Assembly (NCBI GenBank): GCA_044892525.1
Contig: CM097885.1
Coordinates: 4,156,001-4,220,000, forward strand
Source of the DNA: Schmidtea polychroa
Taxonomy: Eukaryota
Direction of reading: 5' to 3'
DNA length: 64,000 bases
Part shown: positions 60,801 to 64,000 of the stretch, one piece after another
Numbering within the stretch: position 1 is the stretch's first letter
How the letters are laid out: each line of letters opens with the position of its first letter
Position numbers and translations under genes: made by a program
Notes under the pieces: generated by a model
Database searches by the model: none
Told to the model about the DNA's origin: nothing
The model's input: the letters and a program-made list of their open reading frames with translations, nothing else

Positions 60801-63206
60801 GAATTGTAGTCTGTGAGTTGAGGAAGAAATAATTGAAATTGATGAGATAATGCTTTCAAAAAAGCGTATTATAAGCCTAATTTCTTGCTGGAATTAGAAA
60901 TGGCAAATTGCAAGGTAACAAGATATCTCAATACAGACAATCTATCACTAATTACATCACATTTTGAACCATAAATTACAATATATCCACTACTAATTTT
61001 GATTTTAAATATTATTATTCCGATTATTAAACAATTATAATTAAATATATTTAAATTAAATCAATGTCAGGCAAATAATCTATTTAATTATTATTGAAAA
61101 GGTTAATACCCAAAATTCATGAATGCTAATCAAATGATATTTTGGTGATTTTGACAACGTATTTTAAGGTTATATTATGAAAAAAGCAACAGTGAAAAAT
61201 ATTTAGGAATATTAAAAAATTTAAATGGTGCCTTGAAACAAAAATAAACTCACCGATCGTCCGCCGTCCAATCGACATCCCAAATAATTTTGCTGTGACA
61301 ATTCGATTTGGTAGAATAGTTTACCAATTGGAAATTGACTTCATTTGGATCGATATTATGCCAAAGTGCCCATTGTCGGTCCTTTGAAACCGACACAATT
61401 TTATCCCCGGAGCGGTTGAATTGGACCCTGACAACTGTGGATTTATGAAACGGCAACCGCTGACAAATGGACCAGGACGCTGTGTCCCATAAAATGATGT
61501 CTGCGTATTCAGGAAGCTGGGATTTACAGGTCGTAGCAACTATCCCCCTACCGACATGAGACGATATCCGGAATACCTCATAAACATGCCCATATAATTT
61601 TGTCAGTTCTGGCCACAAAGTTCGACCGGAAATATTTTCTTCTTTCGGAACGTTCGATGTAATGAAATCGTTATCCCCCTGCGCACTTGGCTCCACCGAT
61701 TTATTCGACAGTCCAAGTGCATCCGATGAAACGATTTCATCCCTCAACCGATCGTTACGGAACCGGGCTCCACAAATCCTATGGAAATATTCATTGAACC
61801 GGGTATTCATGGCAAACACACGCGCGATTTTCTCGTCGGCTCCCGTAACGAAAGTGACTGAATCGATTGATGCAACCGATGTCATGTCGTAGCCGTGAAT
61901 TTGCGGCCGGCCAATCTCATGCCATTCAAGCCGGCCGTTGTCATGGAGCCAGGGAGCATGGAGACGGACGGTTTGATCCTTACTTACGCTGAGCAAATAC
62001 CGCCCCGCCTCGTTATCCCATGCAAGGTCCTCAACAACGTCGAAATGCCCGCCAATATTTACAGCGGTTTCCCAGTGGTCCCCATCGGATGCGTACACAA
62101 CACAGTCGCCCTGGTAACCGTATCCGATAATCAAATCCCCAGCTGTGTTGATTGCACCTCCTATGAATCCCAATGTGTTGCCCCCGATTTGTCCTAATCT
62201 TGTTTCCTCCATCCACCTCCAATTATTCTCCTTGTCTTGACTCCAAATGATCATGCTCTTGTCCATGCTTGCCGACATCAATCCCAGCCCCCCTTTCAGC
62301 TCTTCTCGCTGACAAAATTTCACACTTGTCACCCAATTTTCGTGTCCTGAAAGCACCCCATCCAAACAAATACATAATCCGATTTTTCCCAGCAACTGGA
62401 GCTTCTGAACATCTAATTGATTGACATTGGATGGATTTTCTTCAAGCTCAGCCGTGCTGATTTTCCAAACTCGAATGAATGAGTCTTGAGATGATGACGC
62501 CAAATACGCAGAGTTAGAGTCGAATTTTATCGAATCCAAACACGTCACCCAATCCTCGTGACCACTAAGAACAAGCGGAGCTGACAAAACTCCAGTATCG
62601 GCATCATTTATATCCATTACATGACATAAAACTCGACCATCATCGAGTCCCAAAGACACTAACAAAACCCCATTTAAATCGAGTAAATTGACAGAAATGA
62701 CAAAGAATGGTTGGCAATTGATGGTTTGAATGGTATGAAACTCTGATTTATAGACAAGTATTTCCACTTTTGATTCGGATGCACAAATGATATAGATACT
62801 ATTGTTATTATTATTAGATAGTCCAGAAAGATCTACTATAGGACCATTTAAACTCGGAATTTTGAGCTTACTAAATGAAAGAACAAATCCATTTACAGAA
62901 TCAAAGTGCCAAATAATAACATTTGAAGAGTCATCGGAAGAAATTAATATTTCATCTGATATCCAATAAACACAAGTTACGATAGACTGATGCTCGGTAA
63001 ACTGATGAATTATTTTAGCATTAGTCCCTGACTGGTCAATTAAAATAATGGATTTTGACATACCACAGGCTAACCATTTACGCCAAGATATGCAGTTAGA
63101 TTTACTATTTATAGAATTGGAAATGTACAAATCATTTTTGAAAAATTTTATTTCTATAATAATACATAAACAATTATTAAATTAAATTATTATTATTACT
63201 TTCCAT
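57845..63206 (-). CDS. ELP2: Elongator complex protein 2 (WD40); exons 63206-63200, 63153-61254, 58196-57845
   Basis: GHEDWV, SSSQDSFIRVWK, GGNTLGF, EIGRPQIHGYD, TLWPELTKLYGH and IIWD motifs; joins in frame. Confidence 0.94.
59341..60074. mobile_element. pogo/Tigger-type MITE in ELP2 intron
   Basis: CAGGAATACCTCGCATAGTACGGTT / AACCGTACTGTTCGAGGTATTCCTG ends with TA flanks. Confidence 0.88.
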
Positions 63207-64000
63207 TAAGCAGCTTAAGGTTATACTAAAATTATATTATTTAAACAAAAACAGTTTTGCTATACAAGAAACTCAAAAAGATTTTAAATGTTCAATATAA
63301 AGTTTTACTATAGGTTTTATATAAATCATTGAATAATTTAATTTTTAATAAATTCTGAATAAACGAATAATTATTAATTCAATTATTTATTAACTTAGTT
63401 TCTTTTAAATATTTGACTTTTATTGCTTATAAAACTTAATTTATAAATAGTAAAAGTTCTTTTAAAGAAAAATATGATTTAACTTACGAAATTTTAATGT
63501 GGTTTCAAAGACTAATAAAACTTTCATGAAATTCTTGATATATTGACTTTAAACTTCAGACTAGATGATGGGAAAAAATCAAATGAAGCTGAATTATTAT
63601 GGAATGAATTCCAATAAATACATGATCGTGATAGAAGATATGTGCAGTAAATTACTCTATTTTATTGTAATCACGAATTAGGACAAATGAAAGATTTCAA
63701 GGAATATTTAAATATTATACCACAAATTTACTAAATTAAATAAGCTAAATTGCATAGATGCTTTACTAAAACTTTAATAACATGGCATAAAACAGGGAAA
63801 AATTTGATTTTCCAGCTCCAATAAAATGAATTAGCTGAACGGTTTAAACGAACTACAACAGTTCTCACAACACCAACATTGGCAAAGGGATAGAGTAAAA
63901 TTCAGAATAAGCATAAGTTAACAGAACGCAACTGATATACATTTTTTGAGATAATTTACTGCGAAATGTTAATTTATACTTTGTTGGACAATAACCAGAA

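Noticed and set aside
63540..64000. Coding-like sequence at the window end
   Set aside because: Interrupted by stops and not identifiable.

Overview
This is an AT-rich eukaryotic window, most likely animal, with many 40-50 nt GT-AG introns and (ATT)n tracts. A flatworm or similar invertebrate is a guess, not shown by the sequence. The main feature is a 17.2-kb Polinton/Maverick (adintovirus-like) element at 3947-21111. It has AGTAGTAG termini and a 6-bp TTTAGA target-site duplication, and is inserted in codon 22 of a gamma-COP (COPG) coding exon. It carries the expected packaging ATPase, integrase, major and minor capsid, cysteine protease and protein-primed PolB. It also has unusual traits. 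First, it encodes a divergent TATA-binding-protein (TBP)-like gene next to a possible SSB and a spliced acidic protein. Second, its near-identical inverted arms are ~4.4 kb long, duplicate these genes plus the ATPase, and cut PolB off before its polymerase domain. Third, host-style spliceosomal introns occur in PolB, the integrase and the acidic gene. Downstream lie a second, deleted Polinton relic holding a Tc1/mariner element, a hAT transposon and several MITEs. Host genes follow: TRAF, ABHD17, Rab1/8-like, CDK4/6-like with a long tail, POP5, OTUD3-like and ELP2. All calls come from reading the sequence by eye; no searches were run.
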